Positions 39,251-48,275 of a DNA stretch of 64,000 nt are shown here, in pieces. The position numbers and the translations under genes are program-made. The stretch spans positions 2,528,001-2,592,000 of the forward strand of contig CBDFLJ010000002.1 of assembly GCA_965248835.1 (NCBI GenBank). Direction: 5' to 3'. The notes beneath the pieces were generated by a model. It saw only the letters and a program-made list of their open reading frames with translations, did no database searches and was not told where the DNA came from. Source of the stretch: Alphaproteobacteria bacterium (GTDB lineage: Bacteria > Pseudomonadota > Alphaproteobacteria > MPNO01). Positions within the stretch are counted from its first letter, which is position 1; each line of letters opens with the position of its first letter.

Positions 39251-40498
39251 GTCCCTGACCGCGCCGATCAGATCGATTTCGACCATCGAGCCCGGCACCA
39301 GGAGGCCGGTCGTGCCGACCGTGGTGCGCGCCGGCGGCGTCCTGAAATATTCTTTCCAGACCTCATCGAAGGCATCGAACTGGTTGAGGTCCTCCAGGAA
39401 CACCTGGGCCTTGACCACCTCATCGAGGCTGCTGCCGGCCGCGGCGAAAGTCTTGGCCAGATTCTTGAGCACGTAGTGCGTGCGCTTTTTGATGTCCGAG
39501 CCGTAGAACGGAAACGCCGGGTCGCAACGCGCCTCGACCGGCACCCCGGTCTCGAAGTCCGAGGGAAGCTGGCCCGCGGCGAACACCAGGTCGCCCACCC
39601 GATAGGCCTCGGTATAGTTCGCCAGCGGCTGCGGCGCGTCGGATTTAATCGCGCGGCATGCGGTCGCGCCCGGCACATAGCCGATCAGGTCGATCTCGAT
39701 CATCGAGCCCGGCACCAGGAGGCCGGTCGTGCCGATCGTCGTGCGCGCCGGCGGGGACTTGAAATATTCTTTCCAAACCTCATCGAAAGCATTGAATTCG
39801 TTAAGGTTTTCGAGAAAGACCTGGGCCTTGACGACGTGGTCTAGCGAGGAACCTGCCGCCGCGAAGGTCCTGGCCAGGTTGTTGAGCACGTAGTGCGTGC
39901 GCTTCTTGATGTCCGAGCCGTAGAACGGAAACGCCGGATCGACGCGCGCCTCGGGCGGAATCCCGGTCTTGAAGTCCGAGGGAAGCTGGCCAGCAGCGAA
40001 CACCAGGTCGCCCACCCGATAAGCCTCGGTATAGTTCGCCAGCGGCTGCGGCGCATCCGAGGTGACCGAGATGCAGTCGAGTTCGCCCGGCACGTAGCCG
40101 ATCAGGTCGATCTCGATCATCGCATCCTTGACCAGGAGCCCGGTTGTGCCGACCGTCGTGCGTGCCGGCGGCGTCCTGAAATATTCTTTCCAGACCTCAT
40201 CGAAGGCATTGAATTCGTTAAGGTCCTCCAGAAAGACCTGTGCCTTGACGACGTGGTCGAGCGAGGAACCAGCAGCCTCGAAGGTCTTGGTGAGGTTGTC
40301 GAGCACGTATCGCGTGCGCTTCTTGATGTCCGAGCCGTAGAACGGAAACGCCGGATCGACGCGTGCCTCGGGCGGGATCCCGGTCTTGAAATCGCTCGGC
40401 AGTTGTCCGGCGGCGAACACCAGCCCGCCCGCACGATAGGCCTCGGTATAGTTGGCAAGCGGCTGCGGGCTATTGGACTTTATGGCTTCGACGCGCAC
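39248..40498 (-). CDS. Tandem triple RidA/YjgF/UK114-domain protein
   Basis: Three near-identical 139-codon units, each with NYTEAY, AAGQ, VVKAQVFL, F..FDEVWKEYF, PPARTT, EIDLIG; GTG start after GGGAGG. Confidence 0.95.
   Translation of the reverse strand: MRVEAIKSNSPQPLANYTEAYRAGGLVFAAGQLPSDFKTGIPPEARVDPAFPFYGSDIKKRTRYVLDNLTKTFEAAGSSLDHVVKAQVFLEDLNEFNAFDEVWKEYFRTPPARTTVGTTGLLVKDAMIEIDLIGYVPGELDCISVTSDAPQPLANYTEAYRVGDLVFAAGQLPSDFKTGIPPEARVDPAFPFYGSDIKKRTHYVLNNLARTFAAAGSSLDHVVKAQVFLENLNEFNAFDEVWKEYFKSPPARTTIGTTGLLVPGSMIEIDLIGYVPGATACRAIKSDAPQPLANYTEAYRVGDLVFAAGQLPSDFETGVPVEARCDPAFPFYGSDIKKRTHYVLKNLAKTFAAAGSSLDEVVKAQVFLEDLNQFDAFDEVWKEYFRTPPARTTVGTTGLLVPGSMVEIDLIGAVRD
39248..40498. repeat. Intragenic tandem repeat, 3 x 417 bp
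   Basis: GATGTCCGAGCCGTAGAACGGAAACGCCGG at 39491, 39908 and 40325 (period 417); gene length 1251 = 3 x 417. Confidence 0.95.
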
Positions 40499-40600
40499 AT
40501 CTGCCTCCCGTTGGACGGCGTCCGGTCATCTAACTAGCCGCCGGTTAGGGTGTCAATCGAGCCGGATTCGGTCGCGGACCGGACCCGTGTGCGTTATTGG

Positions 40601-40629
40601 TTGAGCGGCGGCGCTGCCAAGTCTATACT
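40601..40629 (+). promoter_or_regulatory. Putative sigma70 promoter of rne, implying a ~300-nt 5' UTR
   Basis: TTGAGC-N17-TATACT; perfect 10-bp hairpin TCGCGCATCG-gcaag-CGATGCGCGA at 40651-40675 downstream. Confidence 0.6.
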
Positions 40630-40941
40630 ACTTGAACCGCCTGAGGGTGGTCGCGCATCGGCAAGCGATGCGCGAGCGCAGCGGACGGCGCACGGCATGC
40701 GATCTGCGATGCCTGTCCGTGGCGCGGCGCACCTGAAGATCCTAGGAGAAAATCACGGCCGCGCTTCCAAAAGGCCCCGAACACGGCTGCCGCCACCGAT
40801 CGGTTGGGGGAAATGCCCGGCTTCGCGCCGTGCACCCCGATCGCGGCACGGCGCCGCGGGCCCTGCCGGCCACCAGACAGCCGCACGCGCCCGGACGACC
40901 GAACAACGGGTCGTCGGGCGCCGGCCTCGGAGACCCAATTC

Positions 40942-43488
40942 ATGACCAAACGCATGTTGATCGACGGCTCCCACCCCGAAGAGGAGCGTGTCGTCATTAC
41001 CAGCGCCAACCGGCTCGATGAGTACGATGTCGAGACCTCGACGAAAAAACGGATCAAAGGCAACATCTATCTCGCCAAGGTAACGCGCGTCGAACCGTCG
41101 CTGCAGGCGGCCTTCGTCGATTTCGGCGGCGACCGCCACGGGTTCCTCGCCTTCAACGACATCCATCCCGACTATTTCCAGATCCCGATCGAGGACCGCA
41201 AGGCCCTGATCGAGGAGGAAAGCGCCGAACAGCAGCAGGAGGATGCCGTCCAGGCGCTGGTCGACGAAATCGACGGCGCGATCGCCGATCAGGACGACGA
41301 CTCCGGCCCGCCCGAAGAAGACGGGCAGGAAGTCGCCGATGCCTGGGCTGACGGCGTTTCGACGGACGAGGAATCGCCTGGTGTCGAGACCGGCGAGGGA
41401 GTGGCGGCGGCGCCCGCCGAAGTCGAGACCGCGACCGGTTCGGATGCCGAAGCCGATGCGCTCGAAGCGATCCCGGACGACCAGGCGGGTGAAGACGCTC
41501 AAGACGACGCCGAGGCCAAGCCGGCGTCCGGGCCGGCGCGCCGCGGCCGCAGACGGAACGCGGTCGACGCCGGCAGCGACGACGCGGAGATCCGCCTGTC
41601 GCGGCGCCGGGCCAGGCGCTACAAGATCCAGGAGGTCATCAAGCGCCGTCAGATCATCCTGGTCCAGGTCGTCAAGGAGGAACGCGGCAACAAGGGCGCC
41701 GCGCTGACGACCTATATCTCGCTCGCCGGGCGGTACTGCGTCTTGATGCCCAACACCGCGCGCGGCGGCGGGATTTCGCGCAAGATCACCAACACCTCCT
41801 CGCGCCGAAAACTCAAGGAGATCCTGAACGAGCTGGAGATCCAGGACGGCATGGGCGTGATCATGCGCACCGCCGGCATGGAAAGAACAAAATCGGAGAT
41901 CAAGCGGGATTTCGAATATCTGTTCCGGGCCTGGGACGATATTCGAGAGCGCACCATGCAGTCGATCGCGCCGACGCCGGTCTACGAGGATGCCAGCCTG
42001 ATCAAGCGCGCCATCCGCGACCTCTATACCAAGGATATCGAGGAGGTGCTGATCGAGGGCGCCGACGCCTATCAGACCGCCAAGAAGTTCATGCGGCTGA
42101 TGATGCCGAGCCACGCCAAACGCGTGCAGCCCTATCGCGACGAAAACATTCCGCTGTTCCATCGCTACCAGGTGGAAGACCAGCTCGATGCGATACACAG
42201 CCCGGAGGTCCAACTGAAATCCGGCGGCTATATCGTCATCCACTCCACCGAGGCGCTGGTGGCGGTCGACGTGAACTCCGGCAAATCCACGCGTGAGAGG
42301 AACATCGAGGAAACCGCGCTCAAGACCAACCTGGAGGCCGCGGACGAAGTTGCCCGCCAGCTCCGGCTGCGCGACCTGGCTGGCCTGGTGGTGATCGATT
42401 TCATCGACATGGAGGAGAGCCGCCACCTGCGTCAGGTCGAGCGCCGGCTCAAGGACGCGATGAAGCCCGACCGGGCGCGGATTCAGATCGGCCGCATAAG
42501 CGGCTTCGGCCTGCTCGAAATGTCGCGCCAGCGACTGCGGCCGAGCCTGCAGGAGGCCAGCACCCAGATCTGCCAGCACTGCCATGGCCAGGGCTTTGTG
42601 CGGTCCACCGAATCGATGGCGCTGGTGGTGCTGCGTGCGCTGGAGGACGAAGGCATCCGCCAACGCTCCAGCGATATCTCGGTGGCGGTGCCGACCTCGG
42701 TGGCGCTATATGTGCTGAACAACAAGCGCAAGGCCTTGGGCGACATCGAGGCGCGCTACGGATTCAGCATCAGCCTTATCGGCGATGACACGGTGGTCCC
42801 GCCCGATATGAGGATCGAACGGACCAAGGCGCTCCCGACGGAGGCCATGGCCGAGCGCGTGCCGGCAGCGGAAGAGGCCGCGCCCGCCGAGGCGGCGGTC
42901 GTTGACGCAACCGAACCAGCGGAGACCGGCAAGGAAGACGGCGAGCACAAGCAGACCCGAGCGCGCCGGTCACGCCGCCGTAGGGCCACGCCGGAGACGG
43001 CGGCCGAGGCTGCACCCGAAGCCGCAGAGGCCGGTGCGGAGAACGCGCCGGCCGCGGAGACCGCGGAGCTGGAAGAGACCGCTGCGCCCAAGCGCCGCCG
43101 CCGTGGACGACGCGGCGGTCGCGGACGGAGCGCGCGCGGCGAGCAGACCGGATCGGCGGTGGCCGATGAGGCCGAAACCGACGAGACCACGCCGGAGAGC
43201 GAGGCCGATCCGATCACCGCGACCAATGGCGCGGGAGCGGAGCCCGCCGCCATGGAGCCCGAAACCGCAGATGTGCAGCCCGCGCCGGCAGACGATGCAG
43301 CGCTGGAAGCCGCTCCGGCCGAGTCGCCGGCCGAACCGGAGGGGTCGAACGGCGAGCAGGAGCGTGAAGCCGTGGAGGAGTCCGCCGCGGACGACGACGT
43401 CGAGGCGCCCGCACCGGTCGCCGTCCCGCATGAGGTTGCGGCCGGTCCACCGCGCCGCCGCGGCTGGTGGCAGCGGCTGGTCGACTAA
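40942..43488 (+). CDS. rne: Ribonuclease E
   Basis: KRMLID, GNIYLAKVTRVEPSLQAAFV, acidic S1 insertion, DVNSG, LRDLAGLVVIDFIDM, CxxC, C-terminal GWW. Confidence 0.97.
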   Translation: MTKRMLIDGSHPEEERVVITSANRLDEYDVETSTKKRIKGNIYLAKVTRVEPSLQAAFVDFGGDRHGFLAFNDIHPDYFQIPIEDRKALIEEESAEQQQEDAVQALVDEIDGAIADQDDDSGPPEEDGQEVADAWADGVSTDEESPGVETGEGVAAAPAEVETATGSDAEADALEAIPDDQAGEDAQDDAEAKPASGPARRGRRRNAVDAGSDDAEIRLSRRRARRYKIQEVIKRRQIILVQVVKEERGNKGAALTTYISLAGRYCVLMPNTARGGGISRKITNTSSRRKLKEILNELEIQDGMGVIMRTAGMERTKSEIKRDFEYLFRAWDDIRERTMQSIAPTPVYEDASLIKRAIRDLYTKDIEEVLIEGADAYQTAKKFMRLMMPSHAKRVQPYRDENIPLFHRYQVEDQLDAIHSPEVQLKSGGYIVIHSTEALVAVDVNSGKSTRERNIEETALKTNLEAADEVARQLRLRDLAGLVVIDFIDMEESRHLRQVERRLKDAMKPDRARIQIGRISGFGLLEMSRQRLRPSLQEASTQICQHCHGQGFVRSTESMALVVLRALEDEGIRQRSSDISVAVPTSVALYVLNNKRKALGDIEARYGFSISLIGDDTVVPPDMRIERTKALPTEAMAERVPAAEEAAPAEAAVVDATEPAETGKEDGEHKQTRARRSRRRRATPETAAEAAPEAAEAGAENAPAAETAELEETAAPKRRRRGRRGGRGRSARGEQTGSAVADEAETDETTPESEADPITATNGAGAEPAAMEPETADVQPAPADDAALEAAPAESPAEPEGSNGEQEREAVEESAADDDVEAPAPVAVPHEVAAGPPRRRGWWQRLVD

Positions 43489-44672
43489 ACCACGTTCTGA
43501 TCGGATCGCGTCGGTCCGGCGCGCGTGTCCGCCCACCGCTCCAGCCTGGCGACGGCCTCGTGCATGTCCGCGTTGGACCCGGCGAATGAGATCCGCACGA
43601 AGTCGCCGCCGCGCGCCTGGTCGAAGTCGCGGCCGGGTGCCATCGCGATACCGGCCTCGTGCAGCAGCCGGTCGCACAGCGCGTCGCTGTCCAGCCCCAG
43701 CGGGCTGACGTCGGCATAGAGGTAGAACGCCCCATCGGCCGGTGCCAGCCGCACAAGGCCCGCCCGGGGCAGCCCGTTCAGCAGGATCTCGCGGTTGCCG
43801 GCGTAGCGGCGGACATTCCCGTCCAGCTCCTCGCCGCAGTCGAAGGCCGCGACCGCTGCATGCTGGGCCAGGCTCGGCGGCGAGATGAACAGGTTCTGGG
43901 CAAGGCATTCGACGGCCCGCAGCAGGTCCTCGGGCACGACCATCCAACCGATTCGCCAGCCGGTCATCGAGAAATATTTCGAGAAGCTGTTGATGACAAT
44001 GGCCTCGTCGGTGAAGGCCAACGCAGTCTCCGCCGGGCCGGCGTAGGTGATCCCGTGATAGATCTCATCGGAGATCAGCCGGATCCTGCGGTCGCGGCAG
44101 TACGCGGCGAGCGCGGCCAGCGAATCGCGGTCGAGCATCGTGCCGGTGGGGTTGGCGGGGCTTGCCACGATCAGCCCGTCGAGCGGCTCATCGATGCCAT
44201 CGAGGAGCGCGGGGCTCGGCTGATACCGGGTCTCCGGGCCCGTCTGCAGGCAGAGGGTTTCGATCCCCACCGCCTGCAGGATGTTGCGATAGGCGGGGTA
44301 ACCCGGATCGGCGAGCGCCACGCGATCGCCGGCATCGAAGGCGGCGAGGAACGACAGCACGAACCCGCCGGACGAACCGGTTGTGACGACGACCCGCCGG
44401 GGATCGACCGACCGGCCGTAAGAGTCCTGGTAATGGGCGGCGATCCGGGCGCGCAGCCGCGGAATGCCGGTCGCCTCGGTATAGCCCAGCGCATCGGATT
44501 CCAGGGCCCGCTTCGCCGCGTCCAGAACGCCGCGCGGCGCCGGGGTCGATGGTTGACCCACCTCCAGATGGACGACGTCGTGACCCGCGGCCTCATGCGC
44601 GTTCGCGGCGCGCATCACTTCCATGACGACGAAGGGCGGAACCGCGCCGCGGGCAGAGCGTTTCAGGGCCAC
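43485..44672 (-). CDS. PLP-dependent class I/II aminotransferase (aspartate aminotransferase-like)
   Basis: SPANPTG, SDEIYHG, SFSKYFSMTGWRIG. Confidence 0.92.
   Translation of the reverse strand: MALKRSARGAVPPFVVMEVMRAANAHEAAGHDVVHLEVGQPSTPAPRGVLDAAKRALESDALGYTEATGIPRLRARIAAHYQDSYGRSVDPRRVVVTTGSSGGFVLSFLAAFDAGDRVALADPGYPAYRNILQAVGIETLCLQTGPETRYQPSPALLDGIDEPLDGLIVASPANPTGTMLDRDSLAALAAYCRDRRIRLISDEIYHGITYAGPAETALAFTDEAIVINSFSKYFSMTGWRIGWMVVPEDLLRAVECLAQNLFISPPSLAQHAAVAAFDCGEELDGNVRRYAGNREILLNGLPRAGLVRLAPADGAFYLYADVSPLGLDSDALCDRLLHEAGIAMAPGRDFDQARGGDFVRISFAGSNADMHEAVARLERWADTRAGPTRSDQNVV
43486..43514 (+). repeat. Degenerate copy of the palindromic element (reverse-complement of right arm)
   Basis: CACGTTCTGATCGGATCGCGTCGG versus CATGTTCCGATCTGATCAAGCCGG (18/24 by eye), at the convergent rne/aminotransferase stops. 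Confidence 0.5.
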
Positions 44673-44675
44673 TTT

Positions 44676-46013
44676 CTACCTTTGGGCGCTGACCGCGTAG
44701 CCGAAACCGCGCGGATCGGTTTGAAACCGGCAGAGATCCACCCTGCGCCGAATGCCCTCCGGGCAGTAGATCGCATTGACCCGGCCAACACCGGGCCGCC
44801 GGGCCGCGACAGCCTCTTTCAACGGTGCCTTCCGATAGAGGACGGCGCCCGAGACACCGGCCAGAACCCGGGCCGAGGCCGGCCCGCCGGAGGCCGAGAC
44901 GGCGAAATAGGCATTGCTGGTGTTCTGGTTGAAGATGATCGCCAGCGAGAACCCGTCTCCCGCCGCCGCGCTTGCCGGGGAGGAGGCGAACACGCCGGTG
45001 CCCGGGATGATCCGACCGGTGCCGAACGGGCCGTTCATCGAAAACCCGCAGGCAACCGCGCCGCCGTTGCGATCCATTACGACGAAGCCGGTGGTGCCGT
45101 GGTCATGCGGTCCCGGTTCCGGTTCGTGTGTCCCTGCGGGCGTGTCGGCTTCGCCCCGAGACAGCCGTCGCCACAGGCCGGCGGCCGCGGACCCGGCCAC
45201 CAACGCAACCGTATGGTCACCGAACTTGAAGGTCTCGGGCTCACGCCAGGTCGGGATCCAGTTGCGCAATGAAGCGACCGGCATCGTCATGCCGATGGAG
45301 GCGGCCCCGCTGGCAAGCCGCTTGGCCAGCGACCCGCCATAGAGCGCGCCGGCGCCCCTGGCCCTGATCTGGCCGATGGTCGTCGCGAGCGAGACCTGCT
45401 CGAGGCTGTCACCTTCATCCAACGGCGCTCCGTTGCGCCGCAGGAAGATCGCTCTGGCCGTCGGGTCGGCCGCCAAGCGGGCGGCCTCGGGGCGGCTCGC
45501 GCGCGCCAGGGCGCGCGAAATCCGGTTGCCGAACCGCGCGGCCCGTTCGCCGGGCAGCACGAGTTGTTCCCAACGCAATCGGCCGTAGCGGGCATGGAGC
45601 GCAGCCATCCCGCGCACGTTCGAGGGGATTGCGAGCGTCCGCCCAGCGGCGGCGGCCGTATCCGGGCGGGGCAGGAAGTCCAGCACCTCAGCCTTGGCGG
45701 AGTCCCCGGAATGGACGACGCACATCCCGCCGCCGCCCAGGGCGGCGGCGATCGGATAGGTCACGGCGAGCCCGAAATAGAGCGCGACCGCGGCATCGGC
45801 GGCGGTTCCGCCGGCCGATAGTGCGTCGCGGGCGATCAGCGCCGCGGCCGGTTCCTCGGAGACGGCACCGCCGAAGCCTTCCCCGGCATGGCCGATCACG
45901 CCCAGCGGCTTGGCCCCGAAATCGCACGCGAACAGCAATGGCAGCATCAACGCGAGCGCCGTTTGACGGTGCGGCTTCCACCACCTAGGTTCCGAACCAC
46001 GAGAGGGACTCAT
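44676..46013 (-). CDS. Shortened gamma-glutamyltransferase-like lipoprotein (start uncertain)
   Basis: LFAC lipobox, GGTAADAAVA..P.AAALGGGG, GTTGFVVMDRNG, FGTG. Confidence 0.75.
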   Translation of the reverse strand: MSPSRGSEPRWWKPHRQTALALMLPLLFACDFGAKPLGVIGHAGEGFGGAVSEEPAAALIARDALSAGGTAADAAVALYFGLAVTYPIAAALGGGGMCVVHSGDSAKAEVLDFLPRPDTAAAAGRTLAIPSNVRGMAALHARYGRLRWEQLVLPGERAARFGNRISRALARASRPEAARLAADPTARAIFLRRNGAPLDEGDSLEQVSLATTIGQIRARGAGALYGGSLAKRLASGAASIGMTMPVASLRNWIPTWREPETFKFGDHTVALVAGSAAAGLWRRLSRGEADTPAGTHEPEPGPHDHGTTGFVVMDRNGGAVACGFSMNGPFGTGRIIPGTGVFASSPASAAAGDGFSLAIIFNQNTSNAYFAVSASGGPASARVLAGVSGAVLYRKAPLKEAVAARRPGVGRVNAIYCPEGIRRRVDLCRFQTDPRGFGYAVSAQR

Positions 46014-47382
46014 GCCCTTTGCCCGCTCCATTTGTCGAGCGCTGTTCCTGAATGTGCTGATCTGCGTGCTCTCGATCGAGGGCGCGGCGCCCGCCAATGG
46101 CGGCACGGTCCAGATATTCGACACCGAGATCGAGAATATCATCCGGCTTTACGCGAAGCCAGTATTCCGCGCAGCCAGCATAGCGCCGGGTGCGGTGCGG
46201 ATCCATCTGGTCCGCTCGAACGTGGCCAACGCCTTCGTATCGCGCGGCCAGCGTCTGTTCCTCACCACGGGGTTGCTGCGCGCCGCGGAGCACCCGGGCC
46301 AGGTAATCGGGGTCCTGGCCCACGAGACCGGGCACATCGCCGGCGGCCACCTGGCAAGGCTGGACACGATGCTGCGCGATGCTTCGACACCGGCGCTGCT
46401 GACGACCATCTTCGCTGCGGCACTTGGCATATTGTCGGGCAGCCCCGAAGCCGCGATCGCCGCCGCCGGCGCCGGGGCGACCGCGGTCAACCGCCGCCTC
46501 CTGTCGTTCAGCCGTGCGCAGGAGCAGGCCGCCGACCGCGCGGCGATCTTCTACCTCGACAAGACCGGGCAGTCGGCCCGCGGCCTTTACGAGTTTCTCG
46601 AATACCTCGACGATCAACAGGCGCTGATCCTCAGCCGGCGCACCCAGGAGGCGCTCGGCTATGACGTCACCCACCCGCTGACCCGCGACCGCATCGCGTA
46701 TCTGCGCGATCACGTGGAGCGCTCGAAGCATTCCGACCGGCCGGTTTCCCCGGCACGCCAGCGGATGCACGCGCGCATGGTCGCCAAGCTGGATGGGTTC
46801 ATGGACAAGCCGGCCCGCACGCTCGCCAAGTACAAGCCATCCGATCGAGGGCTGCCCGCCCGCTACGCCCGTGCGATCGCGCTTTACCGCAAGACCGATA
46901 CCGAGAACGCGCTGCGCGCCACTGCCGACCTGATCGCCGAACACCCCGATGATCCGTATTTCCAGGAGCTGATGGGGCAGATCCTGTTCGAATCCGGCCG
47001 GATCGCCGACGCGGTGCCCTATTACCAGCGCGCGGTCGACATGATGCCCGACGCGCCCCTGCTGCGGGTCGGCCTCGCCCACGCGCAGATCGAGCTCAAT
47101 CGCAAGGACCTGATCCGCACGGCGCTCGGCCATCTCAAGATCGCAATGCGCGATGAGGACACCATCGTGCTGGCCTGGCGGCTGGCGGCGACTGCCTATG
47201 GCCGGTTGGGTCAACTTGGCCAGTCCGCGCTGGCCTCGGCCGAGTACGCGTTTCGCACCGGCCGGCCCAGCGAGGCCATCCAGATGGCCGAACGGGCCAA
47301 GAGGCTGTTGAAGGAAGGCTCCCCCGGCAGGTTTCGCGCCGACGACCTGATTGCCTTGCTCGAGCGCCAAAAGCCGCGCTGA
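46012..47382 (+). CDS. M48 family metalloprotease with TPRs (BepA-like)
   Basis: NAF, HETGH, FSRAQEQAAD, THP, TPR C-terminus. Confidence 0.9.
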   Translation: MPFARSICRALFLNVLICVLSIEGAAPANGGTVQIFDTEIENIIRLYAKPVFRAASIAPGAVRIHLVRSNVANAFVSRGQRLFLTTGLLRAAEHPGQVIGVLAHETGHIAGGHLARLDTMLRDASTPALLTTIFAAALGILSGSPEAAIAAAGAGATAVNRRLLSFSRAQEQAADRAAIFYLDKTGQSARGLYEFLEYLDDQQALILSRRTQEALGYDVTHPLTRDRIAYLRDHVERSKHSDRPVSPARQRMHARMVAKLDGFMDKPARTLAKYKPSDRGLPARYARAIALYRKTDTENALRATADLIAEHPDDPYFQELMGQILFESGRIADAVPYYQRAVDMMPDAPLLRVGLAHAQIELNRKDLIRTALGHLKIAMRDEDTIVLAWRLAATAYGRLGQLGQSALASAEYAFRTGRPSEAIQMAERAKRLLKEGSPGRFRADDLIALLERQKPR

Positions 47383-47482
47383 GCGGGTCTTGCGAACAAA
47401 TGTCGAATTTCCCGTCCCAGCCGTGATAAGGTTCGCGTCGGGTGGTTTGCGCCCTGAAAGAGGTCTGTTCAGGATTCCCGAC

Positions 47483-48232
47483 ATGCGTCATCGATTTGTC
47501 ATCTTGGGCGTCGTTGCGGCGCTTGCGTTGTCTTCGCCGCCGGGGGCCGCAGCTGCCGAGTTGAGCCCAGACCAGCGCAAGGCGATCGAAGCGGTGATCG
47601 AGGACTATCTGGTCCGCAACCCAGAGGTGATCGAGCGCGCCCTGCAGACGCTGGAGGCCACGCGCGAGGCCGAGGCGGCGCAGGCCGTGCGGGTCGCACT
47701 CAAGACCTACCACAAGGACTTGGTGGACCAGCCCAAGACACCGGTCGCCGGCAACATCAACGGTGACGTGACGATGGTGGAATTCTTCGACTATCGATGC
47801 GGGGTCTGCCGGCGGGTTCATCCTGTGCTCGACACGCTGATGGAGTCCGACGACGGAATCCGGCGGGTCTATAAGGAATGGCCGATCCTGGGCCCCGACT
47901 CGGTCTACGCCAGCCGCGCCGCCCTCGCCTCGCGCGCCCAGGGCAGGTACCACGCCTTCCACGATGCGCTGATGGAAAACCGCGGCGGCCTCGACAAGGC
48001 CGGGGTCCTGCGCGTCGCATCGCGAATCGGGATGGACGCCGCGAAGTTGCAGCGCGACATGGAATCGCGCGAGATCACCGCGATCATCAGCCGCAACTTC
48101 GCCGTCGCCGAGGCGTTGCAGATCACCGGCACGCCGTCCTTCGTGATCGGCGATCAAGTGATCCGGGGCGGACGCGACCTGGCGACGATGAAGCGGCTGA
48201 TCGCCCAGGCCCGCGCGGCAACCAAGCAATAG
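47483..48232 (+). CDS. DsbA family protein (Com1/ScsC-like)
   Basis: YLVRNPEVI, EFFDYRCGVC, KEWPILG, ITGTPSF. Confidence 0.9.
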   Translation: MRHRFVILGVVAALALSSPPGAAAAELSPDQRKAIEAVIEDYLVRNPEVIERALQTLEATREAEAAQAVRVALKTYHKDLVDQPKTPVAGNINGDVTMVEFFDYRCGVCRRVHPVLDTLMESDDGIRRVYKEWPILGPDSVYASRAALASRAQGRYHAFHDALMENRGGLDKAGVLRVASRIGMDAAKLQRDMESREITAIISRNFAVAEALQITGTPSFVIGDQVIRGGRDLATMKRLIAQARAATKQ

Positions 48233-48253
48233 AGCATTTTCCGGACAAGCCGG
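48230..48253 (+). repeat. Copy of dispersed palindromic repeat (left arm)
   Basis: TAGAGCATTTTCCGGACAAGCCGG; its TAG is the dsbA-like gene stop. Confidence 0.65.
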
Positions 48254-48275
48254 ACCACGGCCGCTCAGATGCCGC

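Noticed and set aside
39248-40498. Triple repeat as assembly artefact or CRISPR-like array
   Set aside because: Units differ at many positions, keep one reading frame and are 417 bp of coding sequence with no spacers
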